In this document: positions 36,101 through 45,939 of the stretch, one piece after another
Layout: each line of letters starts with the position of its first letter
Numbering within the stretch: position 1 is the stretch's first letter
NCBI GenBank assembly: GCA_965226095.1
Contig: OZ245336.1
Location: 1,033,308-1,097,307, forward strand
Source of the DNA: Bdellovibrionales bacterium
GTDB taxonomy: Bacteria; Bdellovibrionota; Bdellovibrionia; Bdellovibrionales; UBA1609
Direction: 5' to 3'
DNA: 64,000 bases
Position numbers and translations under genes: made by a program
Notes under the pieces: generated by a model
What the model was told of the DNA's origin: nothing
Databases searched by the model: none
Seen by the model: the letters and a program-made list of their open reading frames with translations, nothing else

Positions 36101-36730
36101 ATGTTAAAACGTTTAAATAAAGTATTATTAACTGGATTTTGCTTAAGTTTTATTTTTTTACTATTGTTATCTTGTGATAATATTTTTGTTAAATCTGATG
36201 AGGAGAAGGCCGAAGAATCTGCAGAAGCTGCAAAAAAGGCTGTAGCCGCCAATCCAATATGTGAGAGGACAGAGCAAGTCAGAGACACTATAGTAAAGGC
36301 AGTTAAAACATCTAAATGTGAAGAGGTGAGTGTTGAGGACTTGGCTAAGGTAACAATTTTGAGTTTTAACAATAAAGATCTGCAGGAATTGAAAGTTGGA
36401 GATTTTGCCGGTTTAACAGGACTTAAACAACTTTATCTTTCAAACAATGATTTAGAGGCTTTGCCAGTTGGATTATTGGATAATTTGATCAATTTAGAAT
36501 ATTTTTATGCAGATAACAATTCGTTACAGACTTTACCTGAAAACTTCTTTAATGGCTTATCTTCATTGGAAAAAGTTAATTTTTATGGAAATCAGTTGTC
36601 TTCTCTCCCTGCCGGTTTATTTGATGACCTGGATTCTTTGGAAAAAATGTATCTGGGTGGTAATGAGTTTTCTGATGAAGAGGAGAGTCGTCTTAAACAG
36701 GAATTAGGGGAAAAGTTAACCACTATATAA
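36101..36730 (+). CDS. Leucine-rich-repeat lipoprotein
   Basis: 209 aa with the lipobox LLLSC. A Cys-flanked cap (CERTEQVRD...CEEVSVEDL) is followed by about 5 LRRs of LxxLxLxxNxLxxLPxxxF type. Confidence 0.75.
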   Translation: MLKRLNKVLLTGFCLSFIFLLLLSCDNIFVKSDEEKAEESAEAAKKAVAANPICERTEQVRDTIVKAVKTSKCEEVSVEDLAKVTILSFNNKDLQELKVGDFAGLTGLKQLYLSNNDLEALPVGLLDNLINLEYFYADNNSLQTLPENFFNGLSSLEKVNFYGNQLSSLPAGLFDDLDSLEKMYLGGNEFSDEEESRLKQELGEKLTTI

Positions 36731-36828
36731 CTAGTGATATCTTAAAGGTAATAAAATCAGCTAAAACTATTGAAAAAGAGAAAAAATATTTCCTAAAATC
36801 TTTTCAGATCGAGTATAATAGCTTTGTA

Positions 36829-39054
36829 ATGGTAAGCCAAGCAATTGATATGAGTCATAAAGCTAAAAAGACTAGTGATCTACAGGAACTTCTTACTCGT
36901 ATTCAAACATACTATCCTTCAGCTGATTTAGATATTGTCGAAAAAGCTTATAATCTGGCTAAAAAAGCTCATACCGGTCAAACCAGAAAAGATGGTTCAC
37001 ATTACATTACACATCCTTTGGCAGTGGCTTGTATTCTGGCTGATTTACAAATGGATCTTTACACTATCATTACAGGTCTTTTGCATGATGTGGTGGAGGA
37101 TACTTCTGTCAGTGTTACTGATATTCAAAAAGAGTTTAATAGTAAAGTGGCTTTTTTAGTGGATGGTGTGAGTAAAATTTCTCATCTTAAGTTTAAAAGC
37201 ACCTATCAACAAGATAGTGAAAATATGAGAAAAATGGTTGTGGCTATGTCCAGGGACGTTCGGGTTATTCTGGTGAAGTTGGCGGATCGGCTTCACAATA
37301 TGAGGACCTTACAATATCTTCCAGCGGAAAGACAGAATAAAATAGCGATGGAAACATTAGAAATATATGCGCCCTTAGCTTCCCGTTTAGGAATCAATTC
37401 TATTAAAGTGGAATTGGAAGATTTAGCTTTTAAATACTCTAATCCTGAGAACTATCATTCTCTGGTAAAACAAATGGATAGAGAAAAGTTAGAAATGGAA
37501 AATTATATAAAAGAAGTTATTAAAATTTTAACCAGGGAAGTTAAAGAGAAAATGAATATACAGGCTGAAATTACAGGTCGTCCTAAGAATACGTATTCTA
37601 TCTATCAAAAAATGATCAATCAAAACCTGGATTATCATGAAGTTTATGATGTATTGGCATTTCGAGTGTGTGTGGACAAGGTAGAGGAATGCTATAAAGT
37701 TTTAGGAGTGATCCATGCTTTATGGAAACCTATCCCTGGACGCTTTAAAGACTACATTTCCATTCCAAAGGTGAATGGGTACCAAAGTTTACATAGTACG
37801 GTGTTGGCTGAACAGGGTAGAAGAATTGAAATTCAGATAAGAACATTTGAAATGCATTTATTAGCTGAGAAGGGGATTGCAGCTCATTGGAGGTATAAGT
37901 CCAAGTCGTGGCAAAGTATGTCTTCTGTAGATGAAGAGACTTTGAAAAAGTTTAACTGGCTTCAGGATCTGGTAAGTTTACATAAAGGGAATCAGCATTT
38001 TAGTGAGTTTTTAGAATCAGTTAAAACAGATTTATTTGATAAGGAAATTTATATTTTTACTCCAAAGGGAGAGGTTAAAGAATTTCCTACAGGTGCCACT
38101 CCGATTGATTTTGCTTATTCCATTCATACGGATCTGGGGCATAAAGTGAGTGGTGCTAAGGTAAATGGTCGATTGGTTCCTTTGAAATATAAGTTAAAAA
38201 ATGGAGATAAAGTGGAGATCACCACTTCAAAACAACAAAGTCCTTCAGAGGAATGGCTTAAATATTGTGTCACTTCCAAGGCTAAATCAAAAATCAAAAA
38301 TTTTTTAAGAATGGAAAGTCGGGTCAAAGCTATTGATATAGGACAAAAGTTATTTGAAAAGGAATTAAGAAATAGAAAAATAAAACTGGACACCGTTTTT
38401 AATACTCTGGAGTGGGCTAAGTATATGAAGGAAAATGGATTAAATAAAAAAGAGGATATTTATATTCGTCTCGCTTACGGAAAAGTGTTGGTTCAAGACC
38501 TATTTTCTATTTTAATGCCAGAGTTAACAAAATTAACTCATACGGATGTATTACCAGGAACATTTCAGCGTGAAGCGGAATATTCTCAACAGGACACGGG
38601 TGATAAAAACACCTGTCCAGTGATGGTGGATGGTATGGGTAATATTATGGTGCATTTTGCTAAGTGCTGTCGTCCCCTACCGGGAGACAGTATTATTGGT
38701 TTCATTAGTCGTGGAAAGGGAATTACTGTTCATCGGCACTCTTGTGCAATTCTTTTATCTATGGAATCAGCTAGGTATGTGGATGTGCAGTGGAATATTT
38801 CACCTAAGACCAAGCATAAGCACATCAGTCTCATCCAAATTGTTGTTAACAATGTACCTGGAGTACTCAATAAGGTATCTGCAGTTTTTGCTGAAGAAAG
38901 TGTGAATATTTTTCATTTGATGGTAAGTCATACTAAGGACATGAAGTCAATCATTCAACTTAATGTTGAGGTGCGAAATCTCCAACAGCTTCAAGAGCTA
39001 ATAAAATCTTTAAGATCTACTAAACATATTATTAGTGTGAGTAGAAAAGAATAG
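36829..39054 (+). CDS. spoT: Bifunctional (p)ppGpp synthetase/hydrolase (RelA/SpoT homolog)
   Basis: 741 aa containing an HD hydrolase domain (HPLAVA...LHDVVEDT), a synthetase domain (YQSLHT-like YQSLHSTV), and TGS and ACT regions. Confidence 0.9.
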   Translation: MVSQAIDMSHKAKKTSDLQELLTRIQTYYPSADLDIVEKAYNLAKKAHTGQTRKDGSHYITHPLAVACILADLQMDLYTIITGLLHDVVEDTSVSVTDIQKEFNSKVAFLVDGVSKISHLKFKSTYQQDSENMRKMVVAMSRDVRVILVKLADRLHNMRTLQYLPAERQNKIAMETLEIYAPLASRLGINSIKVELEDLAFKYSNPENYHSLVKQMDREKLEMENYIKEVIKILTREVKEKMNIQAEITGRPKNTYSIYQKMINQNLDYHEVYDVLAFRVCVDKVEECYKVLGVIHALWKPIPGRFKDYISIPKVNGYQSLHSTVLAEQGRRIEIQIRTFEMHLLAEKGIAAHWRYKSKSWQSMSSVDEETLKKFNWLQDLVSLHKGNQHFSEFLESVKTDLFDKEIYIFTPKGEVKEFPTGATPIDFAYSIHTDLGHKVSGAKVNGRLVPLKYKLKNGDKVEITTSKQQSPSEEWLKYCVTSKAKSKIKNFLRMESRVKAIDIGQKLFEKELRNRKIKLDTVFNTLEWAKYMKENGLNKKEDIYIRLAYGKVLVQDLFSILMPELTKLTHTDVLPGTFQREAEYSQQDTGDKNTCPVMVDGMGNIMVHFAKCCRPLPGDSIIGFISRGKGITVHRHSCAILLSMESARYVDVQWNISPKTKHKHISLIQIVVNNVPGVLNKVSAVFAEESVNIFHLMVSHTKDMKSIIQLNVEVRNLQQLQELIKSLRSTKHIISVSRKE

Positions 39055-39116
39055 ATTGTAAGTATTATACAGAAGTGTTGCACAAAATAAAAAATCTATT
39101 TATTCGATAAAAGATA

Positions 39117-39145
39117 TTGATCTATTTTTATTTTATTGCTATAAG
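39117..39145 (+). promoter_or_regulatory. Candidate sigma70-type promoter for carD-gltX-uvrB
   Basis: TTGATC (39117-39122), a 17-nt spacer, then TATAAG (39140-39145), about 65 nt upstream of the carD ATG. Confidence 0.45.
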
Positions 39146-39211
39146 TGTCATTGATAGGCAATAGGCTTCGTCATTCAGACAAAAGTCCATATAAAATAAA
39201 AGGAGTGTAGA

Positions 39212-39718
39212 ATGCATTTTAAAGTAGGGGATAAGGCCGTTTACCCAGGACACGGCTTAGGGCAAATTACTTCTATAGAGACAAAAGAAATATCAGGGGC
39301 CAAGCAAAAGTTTTACTCTATTTTACTGATGAATTCAGATATGAAAATCATGATACCGGAAAATCGTATGAAGAACGCCGGTCTCAGAAATGTGATCACT
39401 CGTGAAACGGCTGAGAAGGTTTTAAATATTTTAAGAGACAGTAATACTGTTCATCATTTGATTGAGAATGGAAAAAACTGGAGTAAAAGATACCAGGAAT
39501 ACATGAAGGTTATAAAGACAGGAAATATGATAAAAACTGCCTGTATTTTGAGGGAGTTATTAAATATTGATGAGAAAAAGGGTTTAAGTTTTTACGAAAG
39601 GCAGTTAATGCTCACTATTTGTCGTATGCTATTTGATGAAATGGCTACTGTGGTTAAAAAAGAAGAACTACAGGAAGTTTTGGATTTTGCAGGCTTATTG
39701 GAGAAATTTAAACAATAG
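39212..39718 (+). CDS. carD: CarD-family transcriptional regulator
   Basis: 168 aa beginning MHFKVGDKAVYPGHGLGQI, the typical CarD/TRCF RNAP-interacting domain. Confidence 0.85.
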   Translation: MHFKVGDKAVYPGHGLGQITSIETKEISGAKQKFYSILLMNSDMKIMIPENRMKNAGLRNVITRETAEKVLNILRDSNTVHHLIENGKNWSKRYQEYMKVIKTGNMIKTACILRELLNIDEKKGLSFYERQLMLTICRMLFDEMATVVKKEELQEVLDFAGLLEKFKQ

Positions 39719-41187
39719 TGTCAAGTATTCGTGTGCGTTTTGCTCCCAGTCCTACTGGTCAGTTGCATTTAGGTGGAGCGCGTACAGCTCTCATTAATTA
39801 TCTGTTTGCTAAAAATCAACAAGGTGTTTTTGTTGTTCGGGTGGAAGATACAGATCTCAGCCGAGGTAATGAGTCTTTTCTCAAACAGCAATTACAGGAT
39901 TTAAAGTGGTTAGGTTTAAATTGGAAGGAAGGTTTAAACCCTGACACATTAGATAGCCAAGGAGAGTATGGTCCTTATCAGCAAAGCCACAGAACAGATA
40001 CCTATAAAAAATACGCAGAACAGTTAGTGAAGGAAGGAAAAGCTTACTATTGTTTTTTAACTGATAAAGAGATTGAGGAACAAAAAGAGCAGGCCATTCA
40101 GCAAAAAAAACCAATAAGGGTAGTTAGTCCTTATAGAGATATAGATTTAAGTGAAGCAGAAGAAAAAATCTCTCTTGGTAAGAAAGCTGTCATTCGTTTT
40201 AAAACTCCTGAGCAGAAAAAAACTTATAGTATCCAGGATTTGGTGCGGGGAGAGGTGAATTTTCCTTCGGATATGGTGGGTGATTTTGTTATTTTACGAT
40301 CCAATGGTTTGCCGGTATATAATTTTGCTTGTATTATTGACGATTATTTAATGAAAATTTCTCATGTTTTTCGTTCTGAAGAACATTTGGCTAATACCTT
40401 AAGACAAGTGATGCTCTATGAAGCTTTTTCATGGTCACAGCCTCACTTTGCTCATTTGTCCATTATTTTAGGTGAGGACGGTAAAAAGCTCAGCAAGAGA
40501 CAAGGGGCGGTCAGTTGCGGTGAATACCGAAAACAGGGTTTTTTATCTGAGGCACTCTTAAATTTTTTAGCTTTGATGGGGTGGAATCCCAAAACAAAGC
40601 AAGAAATTTTTTCTTTGGAGGATTTAATTAAAAAATTTTCTTTGGAAGGCTTAAATGCTTCGCCGGCTGTGTTTGATAAAAACAAACTGGAGTGGATACA
40701 GGCTCAGCATATCAAGGGCATGAATAATTCTTTATTGTGGGGTATTTTAAAAAAAAATTTTGAAAAAGAGAATTTTAAATTCCCTCCACTAGAAAGTTGG
40801 GCTTTGAAAGCAGTAGAATCCCTAAAGCACTCTTTTTCCAATTTATTGGAAGCAAAGAATGTGTTTCGTTTTTTATCAGAGAATCATTTTAATATTCAAG
40901 ATGAGGCTAAAGAGATTTCTGATTGGGAATCCACCTCTTCTGTTTGGGATGAGTGGGAATCTTTTTTAAAAAATTATAAGGAAGCTCACATCAAAGCAGA
41001 AGATTTTTCTCAGATCTGTAAAAAAATTCAGAAAACAGTGAATGTAAAAGGCAAGTTTTTGTTTATGCCTATTCGAACGGCAGTATTAGGTCAACCAAGT
41101 GGTGCGGAATTAAAACTTATTGTGCCGTTAATTAGGCGAACTGTTCTACTAGACAGAGTAAATCAATGCAGAAAACATTTCAGCTAA
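39718..41187 (+). CDS. gltX: Glutamate--tRNA ligase
   Basis: 489 aa beginning [21 protein letters not shown] (HIGH-type region) and containing KLSKRQG (KMSKS equivalent). It uses a GTG start. Confidence 0.9.
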   Translation: MSSIRVRFAPSPTGQLHLGGARTALINYLFAKNQQGVFVVRVEDTDLSRGNESFLKQQLQDLKWLGLNWKEGLNPDTLDSQGEYGPYQQSHRTDTYKKYAEQLVKEGKAYYCFLTDKEIEEQKEQAIQQKKPIRVVSPYRDIDLSEAEEKISLGKKAVIRFKTPEQKKTYSIQDLVRGEVNFPSDMVGDFVILRSNGLPVYNFACIIDDYLMKISHVFRSEEHLANTLRQVMLYEAFSWSQPHFAHLSIILGEDGKKLSKRQGAVSCGEYRKQGFLSEALLNFLALMGWNPKTKQEIFSLEDLIKKFSLEGLNASPAVFDKNKLEWIQAQHIKGMNNSLLWGILKKNFEKENFKFPPLESWALKAVESLKHSFSNLLEAKNVFRFLSENHFNIQDEAKEISDWESTSSVWDEWESFLKNYKEAHIKAEDFSQICKKIQKTVNVKGKFLFMPIRTAVLGQPSGAELKLIVPLIRRTVLLDRVNQCRKHFS

Positions 41188-43160
41188 AGAGTTCTTATCA
41201 ACCGGCAGGGGATCAGCCTGTAGCTATTCAACAAATTTACCAGGCTTTAAAGGAGGGGGAACAGCATCAAACTTTACTGGGAGTCACCGGTTCCGGAAAA
41301 ACTTTTACAATGGCTCATGTTATTCAAAAAATGCAAAGGCCAGCTTTGGTTTTAGCTCCTAACAAAACATTAGCCGCTCAACTATTTGTGGAATTTAAGG
41401 AGTTATTTCCAAAGAATGCTGTAGAATATTTTGTGAGTTATTACGATTACTACCAACCGGAAGCTTATATTCCATCCACAGACACTTATATTGAAAAAGA
41501 TTCCAGTATTAACGATCAGATTGATCGCATGAGGCATTCCGCTACAATGGCTTTGTTTGAACGCAAAGATGTCATCATTGTGAGCAGTGTATCCTGTATT
41601 TATGGTTTAGGTAGTCCTTCTGATTATAAGGATTTAAAAATTCATTTAACATTAAATCAGAAATTGGAAAGAGATGTTTTATTAAAGTTACTGGTAGATA
41701 TTCAATATCAAAGAAAAGATTTTGATTTTCATCGTGGAACTTTTCGTGTGCGTGGAGATACAGTGGAGATTTTCCCTCCTTATGAAGAGGAAAAAGCTTT
41801 TCGCATAGAATTTTTTGGAAATTATATTGATTGTATGGCATTGGTAGATCCCTTACATGGTCGAATTTTAAAGGAACTCAATTATTTATCTATTTATCCA
41901 TGTAGTCATTATGTGAGTACAAAGAAAAAGAATAAATTAGCTATAGGATCCATAAAAAAAGAACTGAAATCTCATTTGGTGGATTTATCCAAAAAACAGT
42001 TAAAGCTGGAAAGAGAGAGAGTGGAGCGACGTACTTTATATGATTTGGAAATGATTGAAGAGATGGGGACTTGTCCGGGGATTGAGAATTATTCCCGTCA
42101 CTTTACTGGACGTAGATCAGGAGAGCCACCTCCTACCTTATTGGAGTATTTCCCAAAAGATTTTTTGATGTTTATAGATGAAAGCCACATTAGTGTGCCA
42201 CAGGTTGGTGGTATGTATCGCGGAGACAGAAGTAGAAAGGAAACATTAGTTCAACATGGTTTCAGATTACCTTCCGCTTTGGATAACCGGCCCTTAAATT
42301 TTACAGAATTTGAAAAATCTATTAACCAGGTTATTTATGTGTCTGCAACACCTGGGGATTATGAGATAGAGAAGAGTAGAGGAGTTGTTGTAGAACAAAT
42401 TATTCGTCCCACCGGTCTGTTGGATCCGAAAGTCAGTGTCAGACCCATTGCAAAACAAGTAGATGAATTATTGAGTGAAATCCAAAAAAGGGAAAAAAAA
42501 CAGGAAAGAGTTTTGGTAGTGACTTTGACAAAAAAAATGGCAGAAGCTTTGACAGCCAGTTATCAATCCAGAGGTGTTCAGGTGAGATATTTACATAGTG
42601 ATATAAAAACTATTGAACGTATGGAACTCATACGTGATTTACGATTGGGGGTATTTCAAGTCTTGATCGGGATCAATCTTTTAAGGGAGGGCCTGGATTT
42701 ACCGGAGGTGAGTTTGGTGGCTGTACTGGATGCTGATAAGGAAGGTTTTCTCAGGTCCAGGAGATCTCTTATTCAAATTATTGGCAGGGCAGCCCGCCAT
42801 GTAGATGGTCAGGTGATTCTCTATGCAGATAGAGAGACAGCATCCATTAAGCAAGCACTATTGGAAACAAACAGGAGAAGACAACTTCAGACTGAGTTTA
42901 ACAAAGAACATAATCAAATTCCTAGGAGTATCAAAAAATCAGCACCCAAGGGTTTGTTGGAAATCTATGGTTTTAATGATGAGGATAACTTAGAGCAGGT
43001 AGAACAGAAGCTCAAAAAAGGTGAGACCAATTTGGGTAAGGAAATTACCTTGTTAAGACAGCAGATGAAAAAAGCCACTGAAGAATTGAACTTTGAACGG
43101 GCAGGGCATTTAAGAGATAAAATCAAAAAACTTCAAATCATGGAAATGAATTTACAATAA
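41166..43160 (+). CDS. uvrB: Excinuclease ABC subunit B
   Basis: 664 aa with Walker A GVTGSGKT, the DESH box as IDESH, and a C-terminal UVR motif ([11 protein letters not shown]). Confidence 0.93.
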   Translation: MQKTFQLKSSYQPAGDQPVAIQQIYQALKEGEQHQTLLGVTGSGKTFTMAHVIQKMQRPALVLAPNKTLAAQLFVEFKELFPKNAVEYFVSYYDYYQPEAYIPSTDTYIEKDSSINDQIDRMRHSATMALFERKDVIIVSSVSCIYGLGSPSDYKDLKIHLTLNQKLERDVLLKLLVDIQYQRKDFDFHRGTFRVRGDTVEIFPPYEEEKAFRIEFFGNYIDCMALVDPLHGRILKELNYLSIYPCSHYVSTKKKNKLAIGSIKKELKSHLVDLSKKQLKLERERVERRTLYDLEMIEEMGTCPGIENYSRHFTGRRSGEPPPTLLEYFPKDFLMFIDESHISVPQVGGMYRGDRSRKETLVQHGFRLPSALDNRPLNFTEFEKSINQVIYVSATPGDYEIEKSRGVVVEQIIRPTGLLDPKVSVRPIAKQVDELLSEIQKREKKQERVLVVTLTKKMAEALTASYQSRGVQVRYLHSDIKTIERMELIRDLRLGVFQVLIGINLLREGLDLPEVSLVAVLDADKEGFLRSRRSLIQIIGRAARHVDGQVILYADRETASIKQALLETNRRRQLQTEFNKEHNQIPRSIKKSAPKGLLEIYGFNDEDNLEQVEQKLKKGETNLGKEITLLRQQMKKATEELNFERAGHLRDKIKKLQIMEMNLQ

Positions 43161-43163
43161 CCT

Positions 43164-43850
43164 TTATTTTACTTTAATGAGTTCCACTTCAAAGATAAGT
43201 GTGGCATTTGGGTAGATTACATTTCCGGTCCCTTGAGCTCCATAACCTAGTTCAGAAGGGATAAACAATTTATATTTGGATCCTTCTTTCATTAGTTGGA
43301 GACCTTCTGTCCAACCGGCAATGACACCATTTAAAGGAAAACTGATGCTTTGATTTCTTTTATAGGAGCTGTCGAATTCTGTACCATCAATAAGAGTACC
43401 ACGATAATGAACCTCCACAGTGTCTGTGGCTTTAGGTTGTTTTCCACTGCCTTCTGTTAAAACTTTGTATTGCAATCCGGAAGCAGTGACTTTCACACCT
43501 TCTTGCGTTTTATTATTCTCTAAAAACTCTTTATCTTTTTTCTGTGTTGTGTCCATTGTTGATTTCTCCTGTTTAGAACTATTATTTTTTATTTCTTTCG
43601 GCTTTGATTTTTTTGTTTTGGAATCGGTTTTAACTTCTTTCAAACCATCTTGGAGTCCCAATACAAAAGCATTTTTCTTTTTATCCTCTTTTAGGGTTAA
43701 AGACAGTCCTTTAGCCACTCTCTTGCCCAAGTCATAACTCTTCTGAAGTTCAGGGTTTTTATTCAATTCTTTACGCAGATTGGCATTTTTTAAAAAATCA
43801 CAGGCAGTGAAAAATATAAGAATGGAAAAATAAAACAAAATTCTTTTCAT
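43164..43850 (-). CDS. FKBP-type peptidyl-prolyl isomerase lipoprotein (FkpA/Mip-like)
   Basis: The C-terminal FKBP domain reads VHYRGTLIDGTEFDSS...VIAGWTEGLQLMKEGSKYKLFIPSELGYG. I prefer the start at MKRILFYFSILIFFTAC (lipobox); the ORF track begins at the TTG at 43889. Confidence 0.85.
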   Translation of the reverse strand: MKRILFYFSILIFFTACDFLKNANLRKELNKNPELQKSYDLGKRVAKGLSLTLKEDKKKNAFVLGLQDGLKEVKTDSKTKKSKPKEIKNNSSKQEKSTMDTTQKKDKEFLENNKTQEGVKVTASGLQYKVLTEGSGKQPKATDTVEVHYRGTLIDGTEFDSSYKRNQSISFPLNGVIAGWTEGLQLMKEGSKYKLFIPSELGYGAQGTGNVIYPNATLIFEVELIKVK

Positions 43851-43900
43851 AGAGAGAAGGATTGTCTGGTAAAGTACGGATTTGGTCAAGGTATTTTTAA

Positions 43901-44812
43901 ATGAATAAAATAATTATTAAAGCCTGTGGAAAATGGATCCTGGCCGGGGAGTACGCTGTGCTGAAAGGTCACCCTGCTTTAGCTTTTCCTTTGCCTTCTC
44001 AATTTATGGAGTTGCATTTCTCCCAAACCAAAGAGAAAAAACTGCATATTCAAATCTCTACTGATAAGGATTCTGAAAATCTGCAAATATTTTTGGAATC
44101 CACACTTCAAAAAGCATTAAAAATGATTTCCAGGGAGAGATGGGAGTTAAATGGATTATTAAAATTAAAATCCTTTATGTTTAGTGGTTCAGGTCTTGGG
44201 TCCTCTTCTGTTATCTGTGTCTTAGTAGGTAAATTATTTTGTAGTTTAAAATGGCTTAAAGAAGAAAAACTTTTTTCTTTTTGTTATGCTTTAGAGAAAT
44301 TATTGCAAAAAGGGGAGAGTAGTGGCTTGGATATTAAAGTGGTCTTGGAAGAACAGGCCATTCTATACACAAATCCAGATCAGTGGGAAGTCTTTCAAGC
44401 TTCATGGGAGCCGGCTATTTATTTATCCTATTCCGGTCCCGGACAAAATACAGATACAAATATTCAGGTAGTAAAAAATCTTTGGCAAAAAGAGCCTAAA
44501 AAAATGGAATCTTTAAATCAAAAAATGCAAGAAGCCGTGTTAAAAGCTAAGGATAACCTGGAACAAAAGATTGATAAAAGTTTCGATGATAGATTAAAGG
44601 CACTGACAGAAGCTTTTCTTATGGCTGAGGATTGTTTTCTTCAATGGGGTCTTATTGGAGAAGATATGCAAAAATATATTCAACTTTTAAAAAAGCAGGG
44701 GGCTTTAGCGGTTAAACCCACCGGTTCCGGCGGTGGCGGTTATGTTTTAAGTTTGTGGCCTACAAAAATCGTTCCTCAAGCAATAAAAGATGAATTATTG
44801 TATGGTTTTTAA
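43901..44812 (+). CDS. GHMP-family kinase, mevalonate-kinase-like
   Basis: 303 aa with the N-terminus ACGKWILAGEYAVLKGHPALAFPL, the GHMP motif II GSGLGSSS and the C-terminal PTGSGGGG. The choice between mevalonate kinase and phosphomevalonate kinase is not resolved. Confidence 0.6.
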   Translation: MNKIIIKACGKWILAGEYAVLKGHPALAFPLPSQFMELHFSQTKEKKLHIQISTDKDSENLQIFLESTLQKALKMISRERWELNGLLKLKSFMFSGSGLGSSSVICVLVGKLFCSLKWLKEEKLFSFCYALEKLLQKGESSGLDIKVVLEEQAILYTNPDQWEVFQASWEPAIYLSYSGPGQNTDTNIQVVKNLWQKEPKKMESLNQKMQEAVLKAKDNLEQKIDKSFDDRLKALTEAFLMAEDCFLQWGLIGEDMQKYIQLLKKQGALAVKPTGSGGGGYVLSLWPTKIVPQAIKDELLYGF

Positions 44813-44882
44813 ATTTATAAAAATTATTGCCTGGATTGGATAAAGTGGATAGTCTCAAAAAAATAAAAAAAGGAATAATAGA

Positions 44883-45938
44883 ATGTCTTCTTCTATCAAA
44901 GAACTAAAGAAAAACTTGCACAGAATTTTTGAAGAAAGCCAAAAAGCTTTTCCCAATGCCACAACTTCTGCAAAGCTTTACGAGTTAAAAACCAAATATT
45001 TGGGTAGTAAAAGTGAATGGCAGAAAGTAATAAAAGGGATGAAAGATTTATCTCAACAAGATAAGCCGGTTTTTGGTCAATGGCTCAATGAAAAAAAACA
45101 GATTTTAGAAGATTTGTATAGAGAGCTTTTTCAAAAACTTTCTCGTGACGAATTACAAAAAAAAATGCTGACAGAAAAAGAAGATCTTAGTCTCCCTGGT
45201 CCTTCCTCTTCTTCAGGAGCTTTACATCCTGTTCAACAAATGATTGATAAAATGTTAAGTATTTTTAAAAAATTAGGTTACTCTGTTCGTACAGGTCCAC
45301 TCATTGAAAGCGATTGGCATAACTTCCAAGCTTTGAATATTCCTAAGGATCATCCATCCAGAGATTTACAAGATACTTTTTATATTGATGATAATTATGT
45401 GTTGCGTACCCATACCAGTCCTATCCAGGTAAGAACAATGACTCAAGAAAAACCTCCCTTAGCTATATTGGCGCCAGGTAAGGTTTTTCGAAGAGATAAT
45501 GATATTTCACATTCTCCTGTTTTTCATCAAGTGGAGGGGATGCTCATTGATCAAAATGTTTCCATGGTTCACTTGAAGAGCACCTTGGCTTATTTTGTCA
45601 GAGAATTGTTCGGTTCTGCCACGAAAGTTCGTTTTCGTCCCAGTTATTTTCCATTTACAGAGCCTTCCGCTGAATATGATTGCTCTTGTCCGATTTGTAC
45701 ATCTAAAGGTTGCTCCATGTGTAAACAAAGCGGTTGGGTGGAGATAGGAGGTTGTGGATTGATACATCCTCATGTGCTATCTCTATCTAATATTGATTCC
45801 GAGCAGTGGGAGGGTTTTGCTTTTGGTTTAGGTGTGGAAAGATTGGCCATTATTTATTATGGCATCCCACACATTCGTTTATTTTTGGAAAATGATCTAA
45901 GATTTTTACGACAATTTCCTAATATCAAGAGTTTGTAG
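44883..45938 (+). CDS. pheS: Phenylalanine--tRNA ligase alpha subunit
   Basis: 351 aa with class II motifs (FRRDNDISHSPVFHQVEG and GFAFGLGVERLA). Confidence 0.92.
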   Translation: MSSSIKELKKNLHRIFEESQKAFPNATTSAKLYELKTKYLGSKSEWQKVIKGMKDLSQQDKPVFGQWLNEKKQILEDLYRELFQKLSRDELQKKMLTEKEDLSLPGPSSSSGALHPVQQMIDKMLSIFKKLGYSVRTGPLIESDWHNFQALNIPKDHPSRDLQDTFYIDDNYVLRTHTSPIQVRTMTQEKPPLAILAPGKVFRRDNDISHSPVFHQVEGMLIDQNVSMVHLKSTLAYFVRELFGSATKVRFRPSYFPFTEPSAEYDCSCPICTSKGCSMCKQSGWVEIGGCGLIHPHVLSLSNIDSEQWEGFAFGLGVERLAIIYYGIPHIRLFLENDLRFLRQFPNIKSL

Positions 45939-45939
45939 A

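Noticed and set aside
35773-36372. Minus-strand ORFs 35773..36030 and 36070..36372
   Set aside because: They are antisense to rpoZ and to the LRR lipoprotein gene respectively.
44813-44882. pheST attenuator or Phe-rich leader peptide
   Set aside because: The 70-bp leader contains no ATG-initiated mini-ORF and no alternative hairpins.
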